Part shown: positions 20,705-30,576 of the stretch, piece after piece | How positions within the stretch are numbered: position 1 is the stretch's first letter | Layout: every line of letters starts with the position of its first letter | NCBI GenBank assembly: GCA_964435365.1 | Contig: CAYSZM010000002.1 | Location: forward strand, 22,567-86,566 | From: an uncultured Victivallis sp. | Lineage (GTDB): Bacteria > Verrucomicrobiota > Lentisphaeria > Victivallales > Victivallaceae | Length of the DNA: 64,000 nt | Direction of reading: 5' to 3' | Program-made: the position numbers and the translations under genes | Notes under the pieces: generated by a model | Seen by the model: only the letters and a program-made list of their open reading frames with translations | Told to the model about the DNA's origin: nothing | Database searches by the model: none

Positions 20705-21892
20705 TCACCGCACAATATTTTTCCAGCGATTCAGAATTGCGCTGCGAGAAAATTCACCGGAATATACCTCACGTGTATGCTGCTGAAATTTGGCGAGTTC
20801 CGGGGGCGACGCAATCAGCGCCTGCAATCGTTCCGGAGTCTTGTCGTCAAGCAGAAACCCGACGCTCAAATCGCGGGTCCAGCAGCCAATATCACTGTCT
20901 TCGGGTCCGGAAAACAGAACGGGACGTCCGATTGCCAGCGCACCGAAGAATTTCGACGGGACCACGATGCCCTCCCAGCCTTTGCGCAGGCTGATGAGAT
21001 GGATGTCGGCGGAGGCGAGTCTATTTTCCAACTCCTCTTCCGAGGCGAATCCGACAAGCCGGATATTTGTATCTTCAGGCGTGAGCTGCGCGGTTTGCGC
21101 CTGGTATTGATTGCCGTATCCGGCGAAGCAGAAGGCGGCGTCGATGCCTTGCCGGCGGCACTCGCGGGCGAGTTCAATGAGCGGTCCAAGATCGTGAGCG
21201 TAGCCGACGGTTCCGGAATAAAGCAGTCCAAGCTTCGCATCGCCGAAGAGTTCGCGCCGCGTCTCCGAATCGACGGCAGGAATCCGTTCCGGTTCGACCA
21301 GCGCCCACGGAGTCAGTGTGGCGCATTCGGCTTTATGGCGATATTTCAGCAGGCGTTCCCGCATACACGGCCCGATATCGACCATGGTGTCCACGCTCCG
21401 GTATGCCCAGGGGACAAATGGTTTCGTCAATGCGGCCAGCAACCTCATCCATCTGGCGGCATTGACCAAAATCGCCTCAGGATAGAGATCAAATGCCCAG
21501 TGGATAAGCCGCACCTTGCGGTTCATCAGCCGCAAAAACGGGAACAGCAGGTAGCCGAACTGCGGGTCCGTTCCGATTATGACCGTATCAAATTTTTTCC
21601 GATCCCGAAAAAAGGCAACCAGCCATTTCAATTGGAGAACCGCCGAGTTGAATAACCGCCCCCAATTATTTCCTTGCGAAAAATCGGGCCGCTTGAAGCG
21701 CCGGATCAATACTCCATTCCAAGTTTCCTCCGGCTGTAATTTTTCCTTGGAACGGATCAGGCGGTTCCCGGTAAAGACAGTCACGGAATATCCGGCACGA
21801 ACCAGCTCCTCCGCCAAGTCGGAAAACAACCGGGCGCTGATTACCTGATCCGGGTGAAAAAAATGGTAAACCAGTAAAATAGACTTTGTCAT
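20705..21892 (-). CDS. GT4 glycosyltransferase (WcaI/WbuB-like)
   Basis: FFHPDQ, FDLYPE, YSGTVGYAHD, VVPSKFFGALA. Confidence 0.85.
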   Translation of the reverse strand: MTKSILLVYHFFHPDQVISARLFSDLAEELVRAGYSVTVFTGNRLIRSKEKLQPEETWNGVLIRRFKRPDFSQGNNWGRLFNSAVLQLKWLVAFFRDRKKFDTVIIGTDPQFGYLLFPFLRLMNRKVRLIHWAFDLYPEAILVNAARWMRLLAALTKPFVPWAYRSVDTMVDIGPCMRERLLKYRHKAECATLTPWALVEPERIPAVDSETRRELFGDAKLGLLYSGTVGYAHDLGPLIELARECRRQGIDAAFCFAGYGNQYQAQTAQLTPEDTNIRLVGFASEEELENRLASADIHLISLRKGWEGIVVPSKFFGALAIGRPVLFSGPEDSDIGCWTRDLSVGFLLDDKTPERLQALIASPPELAKFQQHTREVYSGEFSRSAILNRWKNIVR

Positions 21893-21997
21893 CACACTGT
21901 CATCTTTCCAGCAAAAATCCCTTGCGAGACTTCTGATTCTGATAAAAAATTCAACGCAATAGGAATGCACGAATGGGAGCGCGTCCGCATTCGGCGA

Positions 21998-22840
21998 TTA
22001 TTGGCAGCCGGTTTTGCGATCCCGAAATTTTCGCTCAACCACTTTCAAATCGATCATGTATTCATAAATCGAACGGAGCAACGAATAGTGAAATCCCGCC
22101 TGGCCGTCCAAAAAGCCGCCTTTCAGAAAATAGAGGATGGCAAACACCCACAGGGGCCTGCCCGGAATTCGATAAAGCAATAATTTCAGCATTTTCCGCC
22201 GGGCAACAGGATCTCCGCCGCGCAACACCTTCCAATCGAGTTTTTGCGAGCGTTCCTCCAGCAGGCAGACCGCCTCCATGTCGGAGTAGCGGTTGTGTCG
22301 GGCAAACCACCAGTTCACCCCGTTGTTAAACGGATAATGAAGAAACCGTTCTCCCTCAAGATAGGTTTTTTCCCCGACGCAATGGTACTCTTCATTGATC
22401 TCCCGAACAACTGAAACCATGCGGTGTTTGAGCAACCGTCCAAACCAGGTACTTGTGCCGATATTGTGCTTAAGCCAGCGGCCGAGGAAAATATCTTTGC
22501 GTCGGAAGTGAAAGATTGCAGTGTCGGCATAACGCGGATCGGCAATCGCAGCCTGCATCCGTTCGCCGATTTCTCGTCCCCAACGTTCATCCGCATCAAC
22601 CATCACCACCCATTCCCCGGGATAGTCCACTTCACGCAGAGCGGCGTTTCGCTGACCGGCATAGTTATCGAATTTACGCTGGAAGATCCTGGCGCCATGC
22701 GCCTTGGCGATCTCCAAGGTATTGTCCGTGCTGAATGAATCGAAAACGACGATATCCTCACACCAACTTCTGAGGGTATCGATACATTCCGCGATATTTT
22801 TACTTTCATTCAGAGTCAATATGACTGCGGAAATATTCAA
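21998..22840 (-). CDS. GT2 glycosyltransferase
   Basis: ILTLNE, DSFSTDNT, YAGQRNAAL, VDADE. Confidence 0.9.
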   Translation of the reverse strand: MNISAVILTLNESKNIAECIDTLRSWCEDIVVFDSFSTDNTLEIAKAHGARIFQRKFDNYAGQRNAALREVDYPGEWVVMVDADERWGREIGERMQAAIADPRYADTAIFHFRRKDIFLGRWLKHNIGTSTWFGRLLKHRMVSVVREINEEYHCVGEKTYLEGERFLHYPFNNGVNWWFARHNRYSDMEAVCLLEERSQKLDWKVLRGGDPVARRKMLKLLLYRIPGRPLWVFAILYFLKGGFLDGQAGFHYSLLRSIYEYMIDLKVVERKFRDRKTGCQ

Positions 22841-23397
22841 TCCTGAATCTCCCGTTTTTTAATGAATCTGGCCGGATTTCCTCCGACGACAGTCCATGGC
22901 TCGACGTCCTTGAACACACACGCCCGGGCTCCGACCACGGCGCCTTTTCCCACGGTGACCCCCATGCCGATAAATGCTTCGGCGGCAACCCAGGAGTGCG
23001 ATTGTATCGAGATGGAACGCATGGTCAATGGCTTGTCCAGTTTACCGATATCGTGAGACGCGGTGCAGAGGTGGCAATTCTGTGACAGGGTGATGTTTGA
23101 ACCGATCCTGATGGGGGCGACATTATATAGCTTCACCCCGCTTCCGATCGCGACGAAACTCCCGACGATCAAGTTGTTCGGCATCCAGATTTTCACGTCA
23201 GAACGAATCCGGCAATGGCTCCCCAGCCTGGCGCCGAACATCCGCAGCAGCAAGTTGCGCCAGCGATAACAGCAAAACGAAGGCGTTGGTCGAAACAGCA
23301 GGCAATATACCACTTGCCAGCATAGCCGGTATAATTTGTGTTGTAAGGAAAATTTATTTTGATACAATCTCATTGCCTTCATCTTACTCGACCCCAT
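22837..23397 (-). CDS. WcaF-like hexapeptide-repeat acetyltransferase
   Basis: LLRMFGARLG, LCTASHD, VTVGKGAVVGARACV, VVGGNPARFIK. Confidence 0.88.
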   Translation of the reverse strand: MGSSKMKAMRLYQNKFSLQHKLYRLCWQVVYCLLFRPTPSFCCYRWRNLLLRMFGARLGSHCRIRSDVKIWMPNNLIVGSFVAIGSGVKLYNVAPIRIGSNITLSQNCHLCTASHDIGKLDKPLTMRSISIQSHSWVAAEAFIGMGVTVGKGAVVGARACVFKDVEPWTVVGGNPARFIKKREIQD

Positions 23398-24584
23398 AAA
23401 TAACGAATGATCAGGAAAAAATATTTTGGCATATAATGGCGCAGTTTTTCTGACAATCTGAAGCGCAGCCCTCTGTTGTGGAACTTCTCCACCAACCCGG
23501 CAAAATCATCGGTTGCGGCAGATTCCATAAAATTCCGATACGCAACAGGACGTCTTGCCGAATGCGTCAGATGCGGATTTCCCGCATATGCGGCGGCCCG
23601 ATCTCCGGGTTGCAGAATCCCCGGTCGAATTTTCTGCAACAGAAGTTCTCCGTGAATCGTATGGCACAATAGAAAACTCAGGCCGAGGGAAAGAATTTCG
23701 ATATTCTCTTTGGGGTAACTCCAAAAATCCCCGATCGTATAGTCTGCAATTCCCCCGGAACGGGTATGCCGAGGACACTCAAAACAACTTTCCCGCAATG
23801 ACAGGTTCTGATAGAAGAAACTGCAGAAAGCATCTTCATCACCGGAAAAAAAACATTTCTTCCCGTTGACGGTTCCGGAACGTCGCGCGTCGTGCCACCC
23901 CTTGGATTTGTCGCGGAAACAGAATTCCGTAACGGTGGCCCTTCGACGCTTTTCCAGAAAATCCAGATAGGAGCGAAACAATCCCGCAGACGGGGTGCCG
24001 TGACAAATCACTTCGCAGGTAAACAATTTCGTCTGATCCGTTCCATGCAGGTAGGCACTCAGCCCCATGATTTGGCAGGGCGTTCCTGAAAACAGGACCG
24101 GAGCAGAAGACGTCCGGCGCAATTCCGTCCGGATTTGGCGGAAGGAGTTTTGCAAATCACTTTGTACGTACTTGGAGAAACGCAGTTGCGGCAGCTCGGA
24201 TGCGGACTTGACGCAAATATGCCTCACCTGCAGGTTCTCGTCATATGCGGCTCCCCAAACCGTTCCGCCCTGGGCCAGGATGATTTCGGCAAGTATCGTA
24301 AAGCCGCCGCCGGATGTACTGCCGGCGCGGATTTCCGGATTCGGATGCGCAATGGAAAAACAGGTTTCATTTTCCAATTTATCCGAACAGTCGGGCGGAG
24401 GATTCAGTTGCGGACAGTGCGATACGCACTGTCCGCAATTGATACATCGCAAATAATCTATTTCCGGAAACAGGAAGCCATTGTCATCCGGTTTCATGGA
24501 GATCGCATCTTGAGAACATATGGCTTGGCAGCATGTACATCCGGTACACAGATCGGCGCTGCATAATTTGATTTTCACAGGCAT
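23379..24584 (-). CDS. FrhB-like (coenzyme F420 hydrogenase/dehydrogenase beta-subunit family) protein with 2x[4Fe-4S] domain
   Basis: CTGCTCCQAIC and CINCGQCVSHCP, STSGGGF, SKYVQS, GTPCQI, ICHGTPS, LRESCFEC, DYTIGDFW. Confidence 0.85.
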   Translation of the reverse strand: MPVKIKLCSADLCTGCTCCQAICSQDAISMKPDDNGFLFPEIDYLRCINCGQCVSHCPQLNPPPDCSDKLENETCFSIAHPNPEIRAGSTSGGGFTILAEIILAQGGTVWGAAYDENLQVRHICVKSASELPQLRFSKYVQSDLQNSFRQIRTELRRTSSAPVLFSGTPCQIMGLSAYLHGTDQTKLFTCEVICHGTPSAGLFRSYLDFLEKRRRATVTEFCFRDKSKGWHDARRSGTVNGKKCFFSGDEDAFCSFFYQNLSLRESCFECPRHTRSGGIADYTIGDFWSYPKENIEILSLGLSFLLCHTIHGELLLQKIRPGILQPGDRAAAYAGNPHLTHSARRPVAYRNFMESAATDDFAGLVEKFHNRGLRFRLSEKLRHYMPKYFFLIIRYLWGRVR

Positions 24585-25762
24585 GATTGAATGTTTTTCA
24601 ATAAAAAGGAAATGGAATCTTTCCGGGCGATATCCAATTTCGCGAAAACGTCGCGATATTCGATGGGAGGGGCAAGCGGGGCGACGGCTGACGCGGGAGT
24701 CGCCAGCCGGCCGCTCAACCCCAGACGGCGCAGCAAATCGCTTTGCCGGCAGTTGTTTTCTTTTCCGGCCGCAATGTAAGAAACGAATTCTTTCTGGAAT
24801 ATGATCGAAAAAGCCGTACCGTGGAACGAATCGGTGAAAATACAGTCGGCCCTATCCACCAGAGTCAGAAACTCCTCCACGCCGACCAGGGGCATCCGCC
24901 GGTATTGCTTCCGCTTCGGAAGCGCCTTTCCGGAAAGCGATAAAACATAAATCGGCAACTCGACTCCCCGGGCCTCGTTCCACTTCTCGGCCATCAGGAA
25001 AAGCTCCGGATTGTCAGACACCGTATAAATCAGCAGATAATGCGGCTCCAGATCCGGCACCTGCCGCGCGATTTTACGGTAAGTGTCGCTTTCAAGCAGA
25101 AAAGTGGGGTCAAGCACCAGCTCCGCCTGGCGGGGAACCAGCTCCCGAACCAGATCGCAGCCGCTCTGCTCCCTCACTCCGATCGCGGAAAAGGTGTCGA
25201 GATATTTTTTAAAATATGGTTTGATTGCCTCCGGCAGCATCTTCGTTCCGAAGCTGGAGGCATAACTGATCCGACCAGCCCCTGTCGGCGCAAACGCCAG
25301 CAGATACGGCAACAGAGAAGAGTTGGTACGGGGATTCCAAACCTGATCGCTTCCAACGATGTAGACATCATAACGCGGCGGGTCTGCCAGCAGCTCGTCA
25401 TAGCTGCGAAACTCCTTCGACATGACGCTGTTTCGCACATGAAACTGTTCGAACAATTGCCTGCGTTTTCCGCCAGACCATCCTGACTTTATAAAATTCA
25501 ACGCCTGCAATTTCGGATACAGAAACTCCTTGACCCGGATACTCAGCGGCAATCTCATCAGCGGGCGTGAGCCGGAAGTCGATATATGGCGCGAATGTTT
25601 GTAATACCGATAGTTGATCAGTTCGGCGTGAATGCCTTCCTGATTCAAAAACTTCTGCAAGGCAAACGCCTGTAATTCAGCACCGTAGTTGCACACGTTA
25701 AAAATCGTCATGATTCCGGCGGACGGCTGCCCTGAGACGCTGAGTTGGTTAGTCGCTGTCAT
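24575..25762 (-). CDS. Polysaccharide pyruvyl transferase family protein
   Basis: NYGAELQAFAL, VGSDQVWN, ISYASSFG, GVREQSG, LDPTFLL, TDSFHGTAFS. Confidence 0.88.
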   Translation of the reverse strand: MTATNQLSVSGQPSAGIMTIFNVCNYGAELQAFALQKFLNQEGIHAELINYRYYKHSRHISTSGSRPLMRLPLSIRVKEFLYPKLQALNFIKSGWSGGKRRQLFEQFHVRNSVMSKEFRSYDELLADPPRYDVYIVGSDQVWNPRTNSSLLPYLLAFAPTGAGRISYASSFGTKMLPEAIKPYFKKYLDTFSAIGVREQSGCDLVRELVPRQAELVLDPTFLLESDTYRKIARQVPDLEPHYLLIYTVSDNPELFLMAEKWNEARGVELPIYVLSLSGKALPKRKQYRRMPLVGVEEFLTLVDRADCIFTDSFHGTAFSIIFQKEFVSYIAAGKENNCRQSDLLRRLGLSGRLATPASAVAPLAPPIEYRDVFAKLDIARKDSISFLLKNIQSCL

Positions 25763-25771
25763 GGATTATCC

Positions 25772-27058
25772 TTAATAACGCTGAAGCGGGTCATGTGATG
25801 ATGAGCGCATGTTTTCTTCTGTCTTCGCTCTCCGAATATTTCCTACTTGAGTAACATCGACCGTCCCTGTTTGCATCTCGAATCCGGCGGTGAAGGACAA
25901 TCCGGCAGGCAACGAGGAAATACCCGGAAAGTCGGACTCGTCGAAATAAACCTGAAAGTACCGCCAATCCGGATCGACTCCGAAGTTTCGGCTGGTCATA
26001 ACTTTGTGCTTCCCGTCGGCGTAATAATATAAGAACAGATTGAATGTGGAATGGAACGTTCCTCTGGCCCAGAATCCGATTCCCCCGCCGGGTCCGTATG
26101 TTATGGCATCTTGATGAAGTACTGTAATTCTGCCGTTGACGCTGCGCATCGACAACGCGGTCCCTCTTTGTGCGTCCCGGACAAGCCAGATTCCGGATCC
26201 TGCGCCGGAAGCCGCATTCCAATAGTGCCCCGGGAGCCATTTGACCGGCCAGCCTTCTTCCGGAAGATGATATCCCCTGCCATTTATCTTGGGGAACCCG
26301 TTTCTTTTTTCCTGTTGACTGAAATCTCCGTTGGTCCACAGATCCATCGGAATTGCAGGTTTCTCACGTGTCCCCATGTTCTGGAAATTCAGAACGTAGA
26401 CGAGAACGATCTTTTTCCGGAAGTTACTCTGATAGATCAATTCCCCGGAATACGGAGCCAGATCAAGCGAATTGATTTTCTCATCTCGGGAGCTGCGTTG
26501 TTCTGCCACCAGGTATGATCCGTCATACCCCTCGACGGCATAATTCAACTTTTTCACCAAATTACGATTCCCTGCCTCCATTTCGACGGATTCGATCTTC
26601 CCGTAAATCCCGGGCGTATGCGACAGATAGGCATTGGTTCTATTGGCTACCAGGATCAGGGGATGCTTGAGCCCCCGCTGCTGCAGATCCTTTGCCAACG
26701 CGGCGGGATATTCTCTCAGGTACGGTTTGTCGTGCATCAGGGAAATCGCTGTTCGGGCCATGCACACGCCGGTCAATATTACCAGCGCCATGCGACAAAT
26801 CCATTTTCGTGATGGGAATGCCTGCCCAATATAATTTTCGATCGCGCCATATCCGAATGAGGTACCCGCGAGGATGAAAATGATCAGGACGGCGCAATAT
26901 CGTACCGAGGTCACGGCATATGCCAGGCGCGTCAGAAAGACTCCGAATGCCAGCACCAGCATAAATGCAATCGCACGATTGTTGCGATGGCGCCACATCC
27001 ACCAGCAGCCAACCGCGACAAACGGCAATAAGATAATTGACCATGCTCCAATCATCAT
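25772..27058 (-). CDS. Membrane protein with extracytoplasmic CBM-like C-terminus; probable distal half of an amber-split GT-C gene
   Basis: About four TM segments including an RY motif, then a soluble domain with an NGDF motif. In frame with 27062..27895 across a single TAG. Confidence 0.5.
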   Translation of the reverse strand: MMIGAWSIILLPFVAVGCWWMWRHRNNRAIAFMLVLAFGVFLTRLAYAVTSVRYCAVLIIFILAGTSFGYGAIENYIGQAFPSRKWICRMALVILTGVCMARTAISLMHDKPYLREYPAALAKDLQQRGLKHPLILVANRTNAYLSHTPGIYGKIESVEMEAGNRNLVKKLNYAVEGYDGSYLVAEQRSSRDEKINSLDLAPYSGELIYQSNFRKKIVLVYVLNFQNMGTREKPAIPMDLWTNGDFSQQEKRNGFPKINGRGYHLPEEGWPVKWLPGHYWNAASGAGSGIWLVRDAQRGTALSMRSVNGRITVLHQDAITYGPGGGIGFWARGTFHSTFNLFLYYYADGKHKVMTSRNFGVDPDWRYFQVYFDESDFPGISSLPAGLSFTAGFEMQTGTVDVTQVGNIRRAKTEENMRSSSHDPLQRY

Positions 27059-27061
27059 CTG

Positions 27062-27895
27062 CTACATCCATACTCTCGTCAGAAATCGCCGAAATACGAA
27101 GTCAGGCCAGAAATGCCAGGACGCATTTAAAATCAGGGAAACAATAATCCCGGTCACCACGAAGCCGGCCAGACAACAAACACATCGCATGAATGCACCA
27201 GAGCCTCCCCCGTTTTTTCTGGTAAAGAACCAATAGACGATTTCAAACAGAAATGTATAAAAAAGCGCCTCTATGTATTCGGGACGGCAGATGACGGCCA
27301 GCATGATCGCCGCTCCTGCCGCCAGGCTTGACCAGGCGAAGCGGTTCAACGCCAGCGCATAGAACAGGAGAAATCCGGAAAACAGGGCCAATGCAGATGC
27401 TTCACGAAGAAAAGCCGCCGAATATTCGACCAGCTCGGGATGGACAGCCGTCAGCAGTGCCATTATCAATCCAATGCGGGAAGAACCCAACACTGTTCCC
27501 AGCCCAAACATCGACAGCACCATCAGTGTGCCCATCCCGATGTTGACCGTTGCCGCTCCAGTCCAGATCGAACAACCGAGAAGCTTTGCCGTCGCCTGGG
27601 TCAGCATGGGGAAAAACGGTGGAATGACATCTCCATCCACATACATCGCAGACATTCCGCCTGTTCGCCAAGCTTCGCCGGCCTCCAGATAGAAGAACTC
27701 ATCTCGCTGGAGATATGGCTTTGCCTCGAATGCGTAAATTCTGATCAACAATGCCGCCAGCACAATCCCCAGCAACATGATGCCGATCCGATATCGCCTG
27801 TCGCATGCCGTATTTTCATGCGGGTTCCACGCTGAAATCCGGTTCATGAAACATTGTATCGTTTGAACCTTTGCCCTCAGAGAGAATCCATTCAT
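27062..27895 (-). CDS. GT-C (ArnT/PMT-like) membrane glycosyltransferase, N-terminal half
   Basis: LLIRIY...RDEFFY, PPFFP, VHPELVEYS...LRE, CRPE, multiple TM segments. Confidence 0.6.
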   Translation of the reverse strand: MNGFSLRAKVQTIQCFMNRISAWNPHENTACDRRYRIGIMLLGIVLAALLIRIYAFEAKPYLQRDEFFYLEAGEAWRTGGMSAMYVDGDVIPPFFPMLTQATAKLLGCSIWTGAATVNIGMGTLMVLSMFGLGTVLGSSRIGLIMALLTAVHPELVEYSAAFLREASALALFSGFLLFYALALNRFAWSSLAAGAAIMLAVICRPEYIEALFYTFLFEIVYWFFTRKNGGGSGAFMRCVCCLAGFVVTGIIVSLILNASWHFWPDFVFRRFLTRVWM

Positions 27896-28150
27896 ATCGA
27901 CTCCTGCCCCGGCAGTTTCCCAAACGGCTGAAATGGACGGTTATCCCTGTTCGACTCATCCCATCGGCCTGGAAACAAAAATGCAATGAGATCTGTCCGA
28001 ACGGAACCCGTATGCGCAAGTTCAACCGATTTTGCCACAGGATCACTTTCTTTCATGGTTTTATGGATAATCCATCACAATTGGCCATCCTGGAAACCTT
28101 TTTCGCACAAATTATTTCAGATGGTCATAACATATCCGCATTGCCGAACG

Positions 28151-29287
28151 TCAATCGACAATAACCCATTCGGGAGGGGTTCCTGATTCCATGCGCAGCC
28201 ATGCATAAGCTTCCATCATTTTTGCCCCGAGCTCGTTCCATCCGTATTCCCGCCGCATCAATTCTTGCCCGTTGCGCCCCATGCTTTCGCGAACTTCAGG
28301 GGTTGCCTGCATCAGATTCCGCAGCGCGTCCGCCAACGTATCTTCACCCAGCTCGATACATTCCCCGCAATGATGTTCGGGCAAAGAGCGCCAGGGCGTT
28401 CCTGTGGTGGTAATGACAGGCATGCCGTGCGCCAGGGCCTCCGCAATCACCAGTCCGAAGTTTTCGGAATGGGTTGGCAGCACAAAGATTGCCGACTCGT
28501 CATATAGCAAATCCTTGGCACTCCCGACGACTTCGCCGGTGAATATGCAATTGGTACACTCCAGCCGCGCCGCCATCTCTTTCAGAGAATCGGCATAAGC
28601 ATGATTGTCCGGGCCGGCGATGAGCAGTTGCCACTGCGGAAATTCCCGGCACAGCCGACTCCAGCACCGCAGCAGAATATCAACCCCTTTCTTGGGGTGC
28701 AGCCGGGACAGGAACAGTAATTGATTTTTTCGAAGAAGATTCGTCTCGCGTTCACAGATATCGACGCCATTGGCAATCAGAGCCACCGGTTGACGGTATC
28801 CGAGTCTTCGAATATCCTCATATTCTTCACGGCTGGTGGCATGCCACATGGCGCATTCCTTCAACGCCCGATATTGTCCCAGGTAACCGGAAACCATCTT
28901 TTTCAGCCGGGAGTGGTTCCAACTCCATTCCGACATCATGCCTCGGGGAGAAATCACCAGCCGGGCTCCGGTTCGACGCGCTGCCACAGCAGCGTAGATG
29001 TTGGGCATCATCCATAATCCATGATCGTGAATGATGTCATTCCGGTCGGCCATGCCGGATAATCCGGCAAGCATCTCGGGGGAACGGCCCAATTTCCGGA
29101 GGGGAAACGAGCGGGCCGGATAAGTATAGGTACGGAACGTCCATTCACGGCGGAGGTTCACGGGCTCCAACACATGCAGAGACGCATTCAATCCATGCTC
29201 AGCCAGGGCTGAAACCAGACAAGGCACAGAATATGCCGGGCCGGCGGATTCAGATGCCATACCGGCGACGAGATGCAATATTTTCAT
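28151..29287 (-). CDS. GT4 glycosyltransferase
   Basis: HDHGLW, SPRGM, FLSRLHPKKG, LPTHSENFGLVIAEAL. Confidence 0.9.
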   Translation of the reverse strand: MKILHLVAGMASESAGPAYSVPCLVSALAEHGLNASLHVLEPVNLRREWTFRTYTYPARSFPLRKLGRSPEMLAGLSGMADRNDIIHDHGLWMMPNIYAAVAARRTGARLVISPRGMMSEWSWNHSRLKKMVSGYLGQYRALKECAMWHATSREEYEDIRRLGYRQPVALIANGVDICERETNLLRKNQLLFLSRLHPKKGVDILLRCWSRLCREFPQWQLLIAGPDNHAYADSLKEMAARLECTNCIFTGEVVGSAKDLLYDESAIFVLPTHSENFGLVIAEALAHGMPVITTTGTPWRSLPEHHCGECIELGEDTLADALRNLMQATPEVRESMGRNGQELMRREYGWNELGAKMMEAYAWLRMESGTPPEWVIVD

Positions 29288-29455
29288 CGGTTGATCTCCA
29301 ATATCCATTCCCCGGGGAAGAGAACGCCCCCGCCCCCCGGAACATTACAGTGCAAAACCATTTTCTACAGCCGCCGGCCAGGCGGAAATGCGAGGCCGGG
29401 CGTTAAAAACTCCAAGGCGTATTGCAGCGAGAACTTGATCGGAAGCCCGGAGGCG

Positions 29456-30574
29456 TTATTGACATTCCCCGAAAATATGAGTTTTTTGCTCCTGCAAAAC
29501 CTGTTCCGGCTGAAATCGATTCAAGAAATCATAGCCACGGTTCCGCATGGATTCCGCGCATTCCGGCTTCAGGGCCTGGCGGATCAACCGGGCCAGATCC
29601 GCCGGTTGCGCCGATGGGCACAAAAAGCTGCCGCCCGCCTCACTCAGTTCGCGCACCATATGGCAACAATCAGTGGTCACAACAGGCGTACGCAACGCCA
29701 AAGCTTCCAGCACTACATTCGGGAGCCCCTCATGTCGGGACTGCAACACCAGGACATCGGCGTGCCGGATATAGGGATACGGATTATCTTGGAATCCGGC
29801 TAAAACCACCGACTCGGAAACTCCGTGCCTACAAGCTGCCATCCGCAGGGATTCTGCCTGAGGGCCGCTGCCCACATATACCAAGCTGCCGCGCTCGGAT
29901 TCCGGAAGCTGCATCCATGCGTCGAAAAGGAGATGCACCCGTTTCAAGGCCACCAGCCGCCCCACAAACAATACGATCGGACGTTTCAATCCCGCGTACT
30001 CGGAGGGGACCGGATAGGTTGCGGCCGCCAATTTTTCATAATCAATCGGATTGTTGATGCAACACATTTTTTCGGGACGAATCCGGTAAAAACGGCGCAT
30101 CTGTGCCATTGCCGATTGCGAATTGAAAATGATTTTGTCAGCCGTACGGTACAGGAGCAGCGACAGCAGTTCAACTGTGAAATGCTTGATTCGCCAGAAT
30201 TTCCACAGCGGCGCCTTCTGATGACACTCCTGCAGGATCAGGCGCGGCTTGGACTTGAGGCCGATGCAACTGATCGCGCAAACCAGGTTCATAAAGCTGG
30301 ACCAGCCCATGATCACATCTACCGAAGATGCCTTGATCGCTCGACGGATCTCCCGGATGACATGCCCGTAATCTTTTTCTGATTTCCAATTCAGAAAGTG
30401 ACATTCGACTCCATCTACGCAGTCGGCGGAGTTTCCGTAGAGCGCGTAGAGATGTATTTTAACTCCGGCATTCCGCAGATACTCCGTCAGATACCGCAGG
30501 CGTTTCTCGGCTCCGCCATTTTTCAGGACGCAAGTTAAAATCAGAATACTTTTCGGTGATGGTTCTTTCGTCAT
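29456..30574 (-). CDS. GT4 glycosyltransferase (WabH-like)
   Basis: GGAEK, INNPID, VGRLVALK, GFQDNPYPY, SRHEGLPNVVLEA. Confidence 0.88.
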   Translation of the reverse strand: MTKEPSPKSILILTCVLKNGGAEKRLRYLTEYLRNAGVKIHLYALYGNSADCVDGVECHFLNWKSEKDYGHVIREIRRAIKASSVDVIMGWSSFMNLVCAISCIGLKSKPRLILQECHQKAPLWKFWRIKHFTVELLSLLLYRTADKIIFNSQSAMAQMRRFYRIRPEKMCCINNPIDYEKLAAATYPVPSEYAGLKRPIVLFVGRLVALKRVHLLFDAWMQLPESERGSLVYVGSGPQAESLRMAACRHGVSESVVLAGFQDNPYPYIRHADVLVLQSRHEGLPNVVLEALALRTPVVTTDCCHMVRELSEAGGSFLCPSAQPADLARLIRQALKPECAESMRNRGYDFLNRFQPEQVLQEQKTHIFGECQ

Positions 30575-30576
30575 GA

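Noticed and set aside
27062-27064. Pyrrolysine or genome-wide amber recoding
   Set aside because: No pyl genes in the window, and TAG terminates another gene normally (57518-57520).
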